Shown one piece after another: positions 36,811 to 49,930 of a DNA stretch of 64,000 bases. Both the position numbers and the translations under genes were made by a program. Source of the stretch: Mobula birostris (lineage: Eukaryota); assembly GCF_030028105.1 (NCBI RefSeq), contig NC_092384.1, positions 3,639,665 to 3,703,664 on the forward strand, written 5' to 3'. Positions within the stretch are counted from its first letter, which is position 1, and each line of letters begins with the position of its first letter. The notes beneath the pieces were generated by a model, which saw only the letters and a program-made list of their open reading frames with translations, made no database searches and had not been told where the DNA came from.

Positions 36811-37974
36811 TGTGTGTGTATTTATATAAAAACAATGATTGTGTCTTCCAGAGTTAAGTGTCATGAGCCCTGTAAGCCTGTATTGTGTAGTACCTGTATT
36901 TACTAATTGTGGTTTTAAGAACCGTCGTTACGTCCTTATGTTTTCTGTTTAATACTGTCAAGTTAATTGTGACTCACACCAGTTTTCCACTTTCTAAGAT
37001 TGTTTAATGTGACTGTAGTTTAGGGCTGTTCGCCGAGTACTTGTGTGTTGAGAATGATTTGTCTCGTGACGTCGGCCAATGATCTGTTACTATTTCTATG
37101 CATAACCTCTTGATTAATTTTCGGAATGGGAACGGGCCGTTCCTTCTTCAGTTCTTGCCAGTGCTCACCGTGACAGAACATCTCCGCGATCTATGGATTC
37201 CACATTGGTTCAAAAGTGGCTTGGATATCAGTCGGCTAGAAGCGAGGGTGCCTTCTATACTGAATTTGTTCCTGGAGTTTACCTTCCGAGTGTCCCGAGT
37301 GCACGTTTTTATTGCGTTAATTATACGTCTCCAAGATCCCTATTCTATATTTCGAGTGTCCTTAGTCTACATCCCGAGTGTCCTTAGTCTACTTGCCGAG
37401 TACCCCGAGTTTACATTCCGAGCTGCTCCTGTCTATGTGCTTAGCCTTTTCAGTCTCTGTGGCGTGCCTCTCCAATCTACGTTCAAAATATTTTTTTTTT
37501 CCCGAAATCGTCTGGCTCGACAAGGTTACAGAGTCAGAGAGTTGTAGAGTCATAGAAAGATACAGCACAAAAACAGGCCATGAGGAACTTTTTAATGTGC
37601 GTATCCCCAACGACATGCATCGGGAACGCAGCCCTCTGTACCGTACCAAATATGTACTCATGCAAGTATCTCCAAAAAGGTGAAATTGAATTCGCATGCA
37701 CCAATTCTGCTCTCAGCTCATCCTCAGGGCCCGCTGAGTGGAGAAGTCAAAGCTGCAGAAAGTCAAAGTTTCATTTATTATCAAAGTATACAAATTGATT
37801 TTTTTCTCCGGGTAGCCTTGAAACCAAGAAAAAAAAAAGAAAGGCACCACGATCATCAGTCCCCGAATCGTCCCACGCCCACGCACAAATAAACAAACTA
37901 AAACAAAACAAAACACATCAAACTCCAAATCCCTTCTCCCGCATGGAAAATAAAACAGCAAAAACGGAACATAG

Positions 37975-40900
37975 AAACATAGATACACAGAAAATCTACA
38001 GTAAAATACAGGACCTTCGGCCTCCAAAGTTATGCCGAACATGTCCCTACCTTAGAAATTACTAGGTTTACCTATAGTCCTCTATATTTCTAAGCACCAT
38101 ATACCTATCCAAAAGTCCCTTAAAAGATCCTATTGTATCCGCCTCCACCACTGTTGCCAAAGCCCCTGCCACACACTCACCACTCTCTGAGTGAAAAAAA
38201 AAAACTTACCCCTGACATCTCCTCTGTACCTGGTACCAAGAACCTTAAACCTGTGTCCTCTTGCCACAACCATTTCAGCCCTGGGAAAAAGCCTCTGACT
38301 ATCCACAAATCAATGCCTCTCATCATCTTCTATAACTTTATCAGGTCACCTGTCAACCTCCGTCACTCCAAGGAGAAAAGGCGGAGTTCACTCAAACCAG
38401 TCTTATAAGGCATACAACCCAGTCTGGGCAACATTGTTGTAAATTTCCTCTGCACCCTTTCTATGCCTTCCACATCCTTCCTGTAGTGAGCTGACCAGAA
38501 CTGAGCACACTATTACAAGTGGGGTCTGATCAGCGTCCTATATAGCTGCAAGATTACCTCTCGGCTCCTAAATTCAATTACTCGATGGATGAAGGCCATG
38601 GGTGTCATTATACACCAGTCATTGACAGTGGGCATGCAGGTACAGCAGGCGGTGAAAAAGGCGAATGGTATGCTGGCATTCATAGCAAGAGGATTCGAGT
38701 ACAGGAGCAGGAAGGTACTACTGCAGTTGTACAAGGCCTTGGTGAGACCACACCTGGAGTATTGTGTGCAGTTTTGGTCCCCTAATCTGAGGAAAGACAT
38801 CCTTGCCATAGAGGGAGTACAAAGAAGGTTCACCAGATTGATTCCTGGGGTGGCAGGACTTTCATATAATGAAAGACTGGATGAACTAGGCTTGTACACG
38901 TTGGAATTTAGAAGATTGAGGGGGGATCTGATTGAAACGTATAACATCCTAAAGGGATTGGATAGACTAGATGCAGAAAGATTGCTCCCGATGTTGGGGA
39001 AGTCCAGAACGAGTGGTCACAGTTTGAGGATAAGGGAGAAGCCCTTTAGGACTGAGATTAGGAAGAACTTCTTCACACAGAGAGTGGTGAATCTGTGGAA
39101 TTCTCTGGCACAAGAAACAGTTGAGGCCAGTTCATTGGCTATATTTAAGAGAGAGTTAGATATGGCCCTTGTGGCTACGGGGATCAGTGGGTATGGAGGG
39201 AAGGCTGGTGCAGGGTTCTGAGTTGGATGATCAGCCATGATCATAATAAATGGCGGTGCAGGCTCGCAGGGCTGAATGGTCTACTCCTGCACCTATTTTC
39301 TACATTTCTATGTTTCTATACACCGTGAGCCTTCTTAACCACAGAGTCAATCTGCGCAGCTGCTTTGAGCGTCCTATGGATTCAGACCCCAAGATTCCTC
39401 TGATCATTCACACTGCCAAGAGTATTAACATTAAAGCTTTATTCAAAATGAACCACTTCACACTTATCTGGGTTGAAATCCATCTGCCACCTCTCAGCCC
39501 AGTTTTGCATCCTATCAATGTCCAGCTGTAACCTCTGACAGCCCTTCACACTATCCACAACACCTCCAACCTTTGTGTCATCAGCAAATTTACTAACCCA
39601 TCCCTCCACTTCCTCATCCAGGTCATTTATAAAAATCACGAAGAGTAAGGGTCCCAGAACAGATCCCTGAGGCACTCAACTGGTGACCAACCTCTATGCC
39701 GACTATGACCCGTCTGCAGCGACTCTTTGCCTTCTGTGGGCAAGCCAGTTCTGGATCCACAAAACAATGTCCCGTTGGATCCCATGCCTCTTTACTTTCT
39801 CAATAAGCCTTGCATGGGATAACGTGTCAAATGCCTTGCTGAAATCCATATACACTACATTTACTGCTGTTCTTTTATCAACGTGTTTAGTCGCATCTTC
39901 AAAAAATTCAGTCAGGCTCGGAAGGCATGACCTGCCCTTGACAAAGCCATGATGACTGTTCCTAATCATATGATACTTCTCCAAATGTTCATAAGTTATG
40001 CCTCTCCGGATCTTTTCCATCAACTTAAGCTCATTGAGCTTCAAATCCCTCCTCCTGCACAAAATAAATACAGAACAAAACGGAACAGGCACATCTACGC
40101 TGAAGTCCCTCCTCCCGCACAAAGAAAGGAGCAAAACGGAGCAAGCTCATCGACCTCCAAATGCATCCTCCCGCAAAAGAAATTTTCCACTCATGTTCCC
40201 CTTAAGATTTTCACCCTTCACCCTTAACATGACTGTTGGTTGTAGACCCACTCAACCTCAGTGCAAAAAAAGCCTGCTTGCATTTACCCTACCTATAACA
40301 AGCAACATTTTGTATACCTGTATCAAATCGTCTCTCAGACTTCTAGAGGAATAAAGTCCGAACCTATTCCATCTTTCCAAATAACTCACGTCCTCCGGTC
40401 CCGCAACATCCTTCGAAATTTTCTTTGTACTCATTCAACCTTATTTACAGCTTACCTTAACGCAGATGACCAAAAGTACCCACAATACTCCACATTAGAC
40501 CTTTCTAATGTCTTATATAACAACAACACAATATTCCATCTCCTGTAGTCAGTTAGTTTTTATTTATGAAGGCCAACGTGTCAAAAGCTTTTTAATGACC
40601 ATCTAGCTCTGACTCCACTTTCCATGAATTATGGACCTATATTCACAGATTCCTTTGCCCCACCGCACTTCTCGGTGTTCTACCCTTCACTGTGTAAGAC
40701 CTAACCTGGTTAGTCCTACAGAAGTGCAACACCTTGCACATCACTGCATTAAATTCCGTCTGTATTTTTCAGCCTAATTTGCAGCCGGTACCGATCGTGC
40801 TGTAATCTATTCCTCGCTGTCCATTGCACTACCTTTTTAGTGTCATCTGCAAATTTCCTGTTCGGCGGCCCGCAACGTGCATTACCGCCCTGCTCAGGAG
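37975..40900. mobile_element. CR1 LINE fragments, head-to-head and nested (38585-39320 plus strand; rest mostly minus)
   Basis: 210-aa ORF 38589-39221 RPHLEYCVQFWSPNLRKDILAIEGVQRRFTRLIPG. Minus ORF 39439-39675 PQGSVLGPLLF...KFADDTKVGG. Confidence 0.88.
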
Positions 40901-41469
40901 ACGGAGCAGAAGTGAGTAGATGTAAGCCGGAGTTTTAATGCTGCTGGTTCGGACGAAAATCGGATGCGCTAATCAAGCACCCCCGTAGAATATGGGGAAA
41001 AGGAAATTAACCGAAACGAGGAGTCAACTGACCGGACTGTGACACCCTCAGCACCCACGGCATGCTCTTTTCGCACTGGTATCATCGGGTAGGAGGTACC
41101 AAAACCTGAAGGCATACATTCAGCGATTCATGAACAGCTTCTTTCCCTCTGTCACCCGATTCCGAAATGGACATTGAACCCGCCAACACTACCTCATTTT
41201 TTAAAAATATATATTATTCCTGGTGATGCACGATTTTTAATCTATTCAATATACTGCAATTGATTTACTATTTATTAGAATTACTCTATATTATGTAATG
41301 CATTGAATTGCTGCTGCTAAATTAACACAGTTCACAACGCATGTCAAATAATTAACCTGATTCTGATTCGGATTCTGCTCCAATGCCTTCTGGTTTTATA
41401 TCCCAGAATGTTGTGCCAAACTAGTTAAATTAGAAGCCAGCAAGTAATGGTCCACCTAACCCAGGATGG

Positions 41470-43385
41470 TTATTTAAAGCAACGACTGGAAAGATACCCT
41501 AGCAGGGATGACAGTGGAACAACAACGGCAGGTATTTCTGGGAATAATACAGAAAGTGCAGGATCAGTTCATTCCAAAGAGGAAGAAAGACTCTGACGGG
41601 AGTAAGGGGCGACCGTGGCTAATAAGGTAAGTCGAGGACAGTATATGAGTAAAAGAGAAGATAAATAACACAGAAAAGATGAGCAGGAAGCCAGAGGATT
41701 GGGAAACTTTTTAAAGAGCAACAGAAGATAACTGAAAAGGCAATACGGGGAGAAAAGATGAGGTACGAAGTTACGCTAGCCACGAATATATAGGAGGATA
41801 GTAAAAGCTTCTTTAGGTATGATGGTCTGCATCCAAGGGTACTTACGGAGGTGGCTCTAGTAATCGTGACGCATTGTTAATCATTTTCCAATGTTATATA
41901 GATTCAGGATCTGTTCCTGTGGATTGGAGGGAGGCTAATGTTACCCACTTTTTAAGAAAGAAAGGGGAAAGAAAACAGGGAATTGCATACCAGTTAGAGT
42001 GACATTACTGGTGGAGAAGATGTCGGAGTCAATTATCAATGATGAACTGGCTGCACATTTGGATAGCAGTAATAGGATCTGTCCGAGCCAGCATGGATTT
42101 AAGTAGGGAAAATCACGCTTCACCAACCGTCTGGAAATTTTTGAGGATGTAACTATGAAAATAGACAAGGGAGAGCCAGTGTATGTAGTTTACCTGGGCT
42201 TTCAGAAAGCCTTTGATAAGGTCCCACACTGGAGATTAGTAGGCAAAATTGGAGCACATGGTATCGGGGTAGGGTAATGACCTGGATAGAAAATCGTTTG
42301 GCAGACAGAAAACCAAGAGTAGGGATTAACTGGTCCCTTTCAGAATGGCAGGCAGTGACTAGTGGGGTACCGCAAGGCTCGGTGCTGGGATCGCAACTAT
42401 TTACAATGCACATTAATGATTTAGATGAAGGGATTAAAAGTAACATTAGCAAGTTTGCAGATGACATAAAGCTGGGTGGCAGCGTGAAATTTGAGGAGAA
42501 TGTTATGAGAATGCAGGGTGACTTGGACAGTTCACTGACTTGGCAGATGCATGGAGGAAGAAGCTTAATATGGATAAATATGAGGTTATCCAATTTGGTG
42601 GCAAGAACAGGAAGGCAGATTACTATCTGAATGCCGTCAAGTTAGGAAAAGGGGAAGTACAACGAGATCTAGTTGTTCTTGAATATCAGTCACTGAAAGT
42701 GAGCATGCGGGTACAGCAGGCAGTGAAAAACAAAAAACAACTAATAGCATTTTGTCCTTCATCACAAGGGGAATTGACTATAAGAGCAAATAAGTCCTTC
42801 TGCATTTCTTAAAGGCCCTGGTGAGACCACATCTGGAGTATTCTGTGAAGTTTTGGTTTCCAAATTTGATGAAGAACATTCTTGCTGTTGAGGGAGTGCA
42901 GCATACGTTCACGAGGTTAATTCCCAGGATGGCGGGACTGTCATATGTTGAAAGATTGGAGCGACTGGGCTTGTATACACTGGAATTTAGAAGGATGAGA
43001 GGGGACCCGATTGAAGCATATAAGATTATTAAGGGATTGGACATGCTACGGGCAGGAAACATGTTCCCGATGTTGGGGTAATCCAGAACAAGAGGCTACA
43101 ATTTGAGAATAAGGGGTAGGCCATTTAGAAGGGATTTGAGGAAAAACGTTTTCAACCAGAGAGTTGTGGATCTGCGGACTGCTCAGCCTCAGAAGGCAGT
43201 GGAGGCCAATTCTCTGAATATTTTCAAAAAAGAGTTAGATGGAGCTCTTAAAGTTAGTGGAGTCAAGGGACATGGGGAGAAGGCAGGAACGGGGTACTGA
43301 TTGTGGATGATCAGCCATGATCACAGTGAATGGTGGTGCTGGCTCGCAAGGCCGAATGGCCTACTCCTGCACCTATTGTCTGTTG
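41470..43385 (+). mobile_element. CR1 LINE RT to 3' end
   Basis: VTSGVPQGSVLGSQLF...KFADDIKLGG (42277 ORF) and RPHLEYSVKFWFP (42821 ORF). Confidence 0.9.
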
Positions 43386-43609
43386 TCTATTGCAAATTTT
43401 CAACAGAGGGCGCACACCCCTCTGTTCGTTTATTATTTGAATATATGTTCAAAGGAGGAAAAAGTTATCTTAGTTTCGGACACTACCATGCCTGCCCTGG
43501 CAGCTCATTGTAAATAATACACAAATTTATGTTTCAAAGTAACCCACACGGATGTCCATCAATATTTTCTTCCATGTAGAATTGGTTTAGCTGTAGATGG
43601 CAGCGCTTG

Positions 43610-45200
43610 GTATTTCAGGCCTTCCCGAAGATAAATCCAAGGAAGGCGACGGGCCCATATGGCGTCCCAGGACGGGTTTTCCGGGCCTGTGCAAGTGAGC
43701 TAGCTGGAGTGTTTGCTGACATCTTGAACTGCTCCTTGCTTCAGTCTAAGATCCCCTCGTGTTTTAAGAAGGCAACGGTAATCCCAGTGCCGAAGAAGAG
43801 TAAGGTGGCATGACTGAATGACTATCGACCTGTGGCTCTGACATCAATTGCTATGAAGCACTTCGAGCGATTAGTTATGGCACACATCAACCACAGCCTA
43901 CCGGTCAACATCGACACTTTGCGATTCGCCTACCAGAGCAACAGGTCAACCGCAGATGCCATCTCTCTGGCCCTACATTCCTCCTTAGAACACCTGGAGA
44001 GCAAAGAGGCATATGAAAGGCACATTTTCATTGACTACTGCTCTGATTTTAATACCATCATCCAAATAAACTGATTCATAAGCTCCGGAACCTGGGCCTT
44101 AGCCCTCAGAACTGCAGCTGTATCTTCAACCTCCTCACAGACACAACGCAGGCTGTACAAATAGTGGCAAGCTCTCCTCTACAATCACTCTGAGCGCTGA
44201 TGCCCCACAAGGCTGTCTACTCAGTCCCCTGTTGTACTCACTGTACACGCATGATTGCGGGGCCAAGTTGCCATCGAATTCAATATATAAGTTTGCTGAT
44301 GACACAGCAATTGTAGGCCGTATCTCGGTAATGGTGAGTTTGAGTACAGAGAGGAAATTAAGAACCTGGTGGCATAGTGCGAAGACAATAACCTATCCCT
44401 CAACGTCAGAAAGACGAAGGAATTGGCTGTTGACTTCAGTAGGAGTAGCGGACCGCACGGCCCAATTTACATCGGTGGTGCGCAAGTGGAACAGGTCAAA
44501 AGCTTTCGGTACCTCGGGGTCAATATCACAAATGACCTGACTTGGTCCAACCAAGCAGAGTTCACTGCCAAGAAGTCCACCAGCGTCTTTACTTCCCGAG
44601 AAAACGAAAGAAATTTGGCCAGTCCCCTAAAACCCTCACTAATTTTTATAGATGCATCGTAGAAAGAATTCTGCTGGGGTGCATCACAACCTGGTATGGA
44701 AATTGTCCTGTCCAAGACCGGAAGAAGCTGCAGAAGATCGTGAACAGGGCGCAGCACATCACACAAACCAATCTTCAATCCTTGGACTCACTTTACACTG
44801 CATACTGTCGGAGCAGTGCTGCCAGGATAATCAAGGACACGACCCACCCAGCCAACAGACTTTTCGTCCCTCTTCCCTCCGGGAGAAAGCTCAGGAGCTT
44901 GAAGATTCGGACGGCCAGATTTGGGAACAGCTTCTCTCCAACTGTGATAAGCCTGCTGAACGGATCCTGACCCGGATCTTGGCCGTACCCTCCAAATATC
45001 CGGACCTGCCTCTCGGTTTCCTTTTTTACACTACCTTACCTTCCATTTCCTATTTCCTATTTATGACTTATAACTTAAAATTTAAGTATTTACTATCGAT
45101 TTGTATTCCAGGGTGCGGGAAGCGCAGAATCAAATATCGCAGTGATGATTGTACGTTCTAGTATCAATTGTTTGGCGACAATAAAGAATAAAGTAAAGTG
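43610..45200 (+). mobile_element. 5'-truncated Rex1/Babar-type LINE
   Basis: [27 protein letters not shown]...[38 protein letters not shown] and a 3' UTR ending AATAAAG. Confidence 0.9.
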
Positions 45201-46929
45201 AAGTAGAATGTATCCTGCCTAGAGGTCGTTACCTTTGGTGTTTGGAAAACGGATTGAAAATTCCTGCACTTCAGATATTTATATTATAGATGTCTTGGAT
45301 GAGGAAGTGGAAGGGTGGGCTAGGTAGTTCATCGATACAACGAAATTTGGAGGTCATTTCGATAGTATAGAAATTTGTCGTAGTTTACAACGGGACGTTG
45401 ATAAGATGTAGAGATGAGGTGGCAAATAAAGTTCAATCCGGAAAAAATATGAATTGATGCCCTTTGGAAGGTTGAATGAGAATGAAAAGCCGGAATAAAC
45501 GGTTACTGTTTTGACTCTTAGCAGCGTGTGGGAACAGAAGAGGCTGGGCTCCACGGCTCAAAGTGCTCGCGCAATTTTACACGATGTTAAGAAACGTTCC
45601 ATACATTGTGTTTGTTTTCATTAGGGCAGGCCTGAGCTCCGGATCCGCGAGGTATTGCTGCAGACACACAAGATCCAAAGTTAGAAGGCACATGTGTTGT
45701 GTTCATTTCTGGTTGCGTCAAAATAGGGACACTTTAGAGGGGTGACAGAGGAAATTTACAGTGATACCGATTGACTTAGAGACCACATCCGTGGCTTTCC
45801 TTTTTGGAGGTTGACAGGTGATAGAGGCGTCTGAATGGTAAGAAGCAGAGATAGTGTTTAATGCCAATGCCGTTTTCCCAGGGTGGCTATTAAAAGGGGG
45901 TATATTTGGAGGTGATTGGACTTGTTTATGAAGGAGGAGCTCAGAGGTGTTTTTTTTTTAATATAAATAAGGGATCTTTGGGTACATGGAACTTGCATTC
46001 AGAAAAGAGGGCGTGGAAGGGGGTGTGTGGGATTGTGGTGCGGTAGAGGCAAAATAAATTAAGCACTTTTGTTAGTGTCGTCAAACCAGGCACGATAGCA
46101 TTTTGATGTTTTTGTTTTCTCCAAAGTTGCAATAAGTTTGTGAAGTCATACACTGAAAACTCTGAATGCATCAACAACACTGGCGGTTACGAGCACTACT
46201 ATCAGTCAGTGAAGTAGCAGATGACAGTACACCATGAAGATATTGATTGCTGATATCTTCTTTACCAGTCTAGTTCACCTCCATTTTTATAATATGGAGC
46301 ATTACGTTGTCTGGTTCAAGGCAAGAGGTATCAATACAAGTCAAATATTGCAAAGCTTATCTAGCGCCAATATCATATAACCTCAACCTGAGTATGGATA
46401 AATGATACATTTAAACACAGAAAGTTTGAACTTTTTCATATCAGTAGTTGTTTTGCAGATCCCTCAAAAGTGAACAATATTTCTCAATGGATTCACGTTT
46501 CCTTTCCAGATATTTAGCGGCTTCTGCTTTTGTACATGGGAAAAAATATATCATATTTAAATACAGTGGAATTGAGGAAATGGGCACGATTCGGCATACC
46601 ATGGTATAATAACGACGCATTGATATTACAATTCCTTTCTACCATTTCACCATTGAGGGCTTATATTTTGCTTACCTAATCTACACATAGGTTGCAGATT
46701 CGTACCACAATAGAAACCTTCTGACACCAGTTTAACACTATTATTCAGTGGTTGATGGATTTTGTAGATCAGGGTTTTTTCATACACAATGGATTTAATC
46801 TACCGCCTTCTAATCTTCTGGTTTGCAGATGACGCAGTTAATAGCGGCATTGCATTCACCAATCCCTGAACAAATTACAGAATCGTTTGCCTATCTTTTT
46901 CAGTCTTAATCCACGGTTTCACACAGGCA

Positions 46930-47190
46930 TCCATCTCTTCAGTGGCAACATCCCATAAGCGTCAATCTACTGGGGTCGCCTGCTGTGCCAGCTGGTCTCG
47001 ATGCGGCCTCCACTATATTGCCGAGACCAGTCGTAAACTGGGGGACCGCTTCGTCGAGCCAACCTTCACAAGCGGGACTTCTCGCTGGTCAAACAATTTA
47101 ATTACAATTTTCATTCCGGATTCGATGTGTGGTCCGACAGCCGACTCTTGTGTCAAGATAAGGTCACAGGTCATAGAGAATCGCCTTATA
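46930..47190 (+). mobile_element. Penelope-like element GIY-YIG fragment
   Basis: SRCGLHYIAETSRKLGDRFVEP matches the CxxC-x2-YIGETxRxLxxRFxEH pattern. Confidence 0.7.
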
Positions 47191-47399
47191 TTCCATGACC
47201 ACAAAGCCATAAAATCACAAGAAATAGGAGCAGAATTGGTTCATTTGACCTTCGAGTCTATTCCGCCATTTTATATGCCTGATTCAATTTTCCTCTCTGC
47301 CCCAGTCTCCTGCTTCTACCCGTATCCCTTCATACCTTGACCAATCAAAGACCTATTAATCTCTGCCTTACATATACAGAAAAAAAAATAGCCTACACA

Positions 47400-48963
47400 A
47401 CTGCTCGTAGTAAATAATTAAACAGATTCAACACTTTCTGGCGAAAGAAAGGACGCTCCTCTGTTCTGAGGTAGTTTCGTCTGGCCATATCAACTTTACT
47501 ATTGCATGTATTTGTTCGGAAATATGTGTACCTTTAGAGTAATACCTTCTGCCAAAGCAATCTGGATTTCGGTTGTCCAACCAATGAGATGATATTGGAT
47601 GTGAGGGTTGTAGAGGTGCCCTGTCCTTTGAAAAACACACACAGAATCTGGTTACTAACAGAGCTTGTACTTCTCAAGAAAAATCTGTTTATGCGCACCA
47701 TGCCTCGATCGAAACAACTGTTAGAGGACCCTAGAGAAGAATTGTAAAGATGCACGAAGCTAGGAAAAAAAAAAAAAAAACTATAGAAGCATTTGGAAAG
47801 ACATGGGTATTCACCAGCCCACAATAAGAAAATAATATCTACAAATGGAGGAAACTCATAACTGTTATTAGTCTCCCTGGGAGTGGACATCTTCGAAAGA
47901 TCACGCAAAGAGAAAAAGCATGCAGTGCTAAAGGAGGTGAAAAGGAAACCAACGTTAACAGAAAAAAGACCTGCAAAAATATCTACCTGCTTTGGTGTCT
48001 GTTCATGTGTCCACTATAACAAAAAGACTGAACCCAAATGCTGTTCTTTGAAGAATGGAACAATACCGTGGAGGAAATCACTGTCCCACCCCTCCGGAAA
48101 AAGTGTTGCTGCACGTGTCAAGTCTGCAAAAGACTATCTGGGTGTTCTATAACGATTCTGGGATTATATTCTGTGGAAAGATGAGACAAAAGTTGAACAG
48201 ATATTGTAGTTTTTACAGATATGCAGATTGCTATGTTTGGAGGGAAAAAGGCATTGCACGCTAATGCCAAAACATCATTCCAAAATGAAACACGGTGGAG
48301 AAGCTTCGTCGTTTGGGGCTCTGTTGTCTCCTCAAGGCTTGGACGGCTTGCAATCGTTGAGGGAACAGTAAATTCAAAATTGTGTCAAGATATTTTACAG
48401 GAGAATTTCAGGGTGCACTCCATTACCAGAAGCCTAATAGAAGTTGGATATTGCAACAAGACATTGATCCGAAGGACAAGAGTAAATGAGCAACAGAATA
48501 GTTTAAAAAGAAGAAAAATCGTGTTTTAAAATGAACGAAACTTAATCCTATAGAAATGTTGTGGAAGGACCTGAAGCAAACAGTTCACGCAAGTAAGAAC
48601 ACCAACACCCCAGATTTGAAGCACTTTTGTAAGCATAATAGCCTAAAGTTCCCCAAGCCAATGTGGAGGAATGATCAACAGTTACAGTAAACATTTGGTT
48701 GAAATTGTTGCTGTAGAAGTGGGTCACACCAGTTATTGAAAGCAAAAAAAAACATACTTTTACCAACAAATGCATAAAATAATTTTTTTTTGTTAATAAA
48801 TAAACGAACAAGTATAATGTTTTTGTGCAGTTATTTCAATTATGTTCTCTTTAACTAATTTTAGGACCTACATGAATATCTGATCATTATTTTAGGTTAT
48901 ATTTCGTATTTATGCAGAGATAGAGATAACTCTGCAGGATTCACAAACTTTCTAGCACCACTG
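47400..48963 (+). mobile_element. Tc1/mariner DNA transposon, decayed transposase
   Basis: KEVKRKPTLT and KHGG...WG-type segments, NP.EMLW..LK. Right end ...TCACAAACTTTCTAGCACCACTG followed by TA (48964-48965). Left TIR tip not found. Confidence 0.8.
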
Positions 48964-49184
48964 TAAATCTATTATACTGAGATCATGACTAACACTACCC
49001 CAGCCCCCGCCCCCCACTCAACATATTGGACGAAAGTATTTCAGTTTTCACTTTGCTTTCTGTACCGTTTGAATTTCTTGGATATCAGTGAATGTTCATG
49101 TAACTAAAATAGGCCTCTATTGCTTTTATACTTGCCGACACTTTCCCTGAATCATTAAGTTCTGCCTTCGTCTACTTGAAGACC

Positions 49185-49930
49185 TCCATCGTATTCTCGC
49201 CAACGATAGGCCATTTTCCTTGAAAAGGGAAATATTGAAGCCTTCTTTGGTGAAGTACTTCATGCGTCAGCCTTCCGGACGGCTGCGATAGCTTAGGTAA
49301 TCAAGCGTTAAACTGTCGCCCCGGTGCAGAGACCAACCTTCTGATCTCCCCATACATCTTGTCCCACCATCTTAGTATCTGGCATCCGACCACACGATAC
49401 TGTTGAATTGGCTGCATACTGCTGCTACTTTCTGTCTTTTGAGGTCCACAAAGATGATTCCAGGAATGAAGAAGTTAACATATCAGGAACGCTTGGCAGC
49501 TTTGGGCCTGGACCAACTGTAATGCAGAAGAATGCGGGGGGTTCTCATTAAATCCTGCCGAATGTTGAAAGGACTAGATATTTTGGATGTAGGTATCCAG
49601 AACTAGAGGGCACAGTCACAAAATTCAGTGACGACCTTTCAGGACAGAAGTAAGGAGGATTTTTTTTTTTTTTTTTAGCCAGAGAATTGTGAATCTGTAG
49701 AATTTGTGGAATGCTGTACCACAGACTGCAGTGGATGCCATGCTCGTGGGTATATTTTAGTCAGACGATGATAGTTTCCTGATATTCCAGGGCATCAAAG
49801 GATATAGCGAGAAGATATGTGTATGTTGTTGAGTGGGATCCGGGATCAGGCTTGATGGAATTTGCGGAGCAGACTCGATGGACTGAATGGTCTAATTCGG
49901 CTCCTAGGTCTTATGGTCTTATGGTCTCTA
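49185..49930. mobile_element. RTE-like fragment (minus, 49185-49435) joined to a CR1 3' end (plus, 49440-49930)
   Basis: The CR1 part has RTRGHS...FFSQR and a TCTTATGG tail. The RTE assignment rests on sequence resemblance only. Confidence 0.6.

Noticed and set aside
37098-37180. Third leader exon (LLQFLPVLTVT resembles the copy B leader)
   Set aside because: No nucleotide similarity to the two real leaders, no phase-1 GT donor and no V exon downstream.
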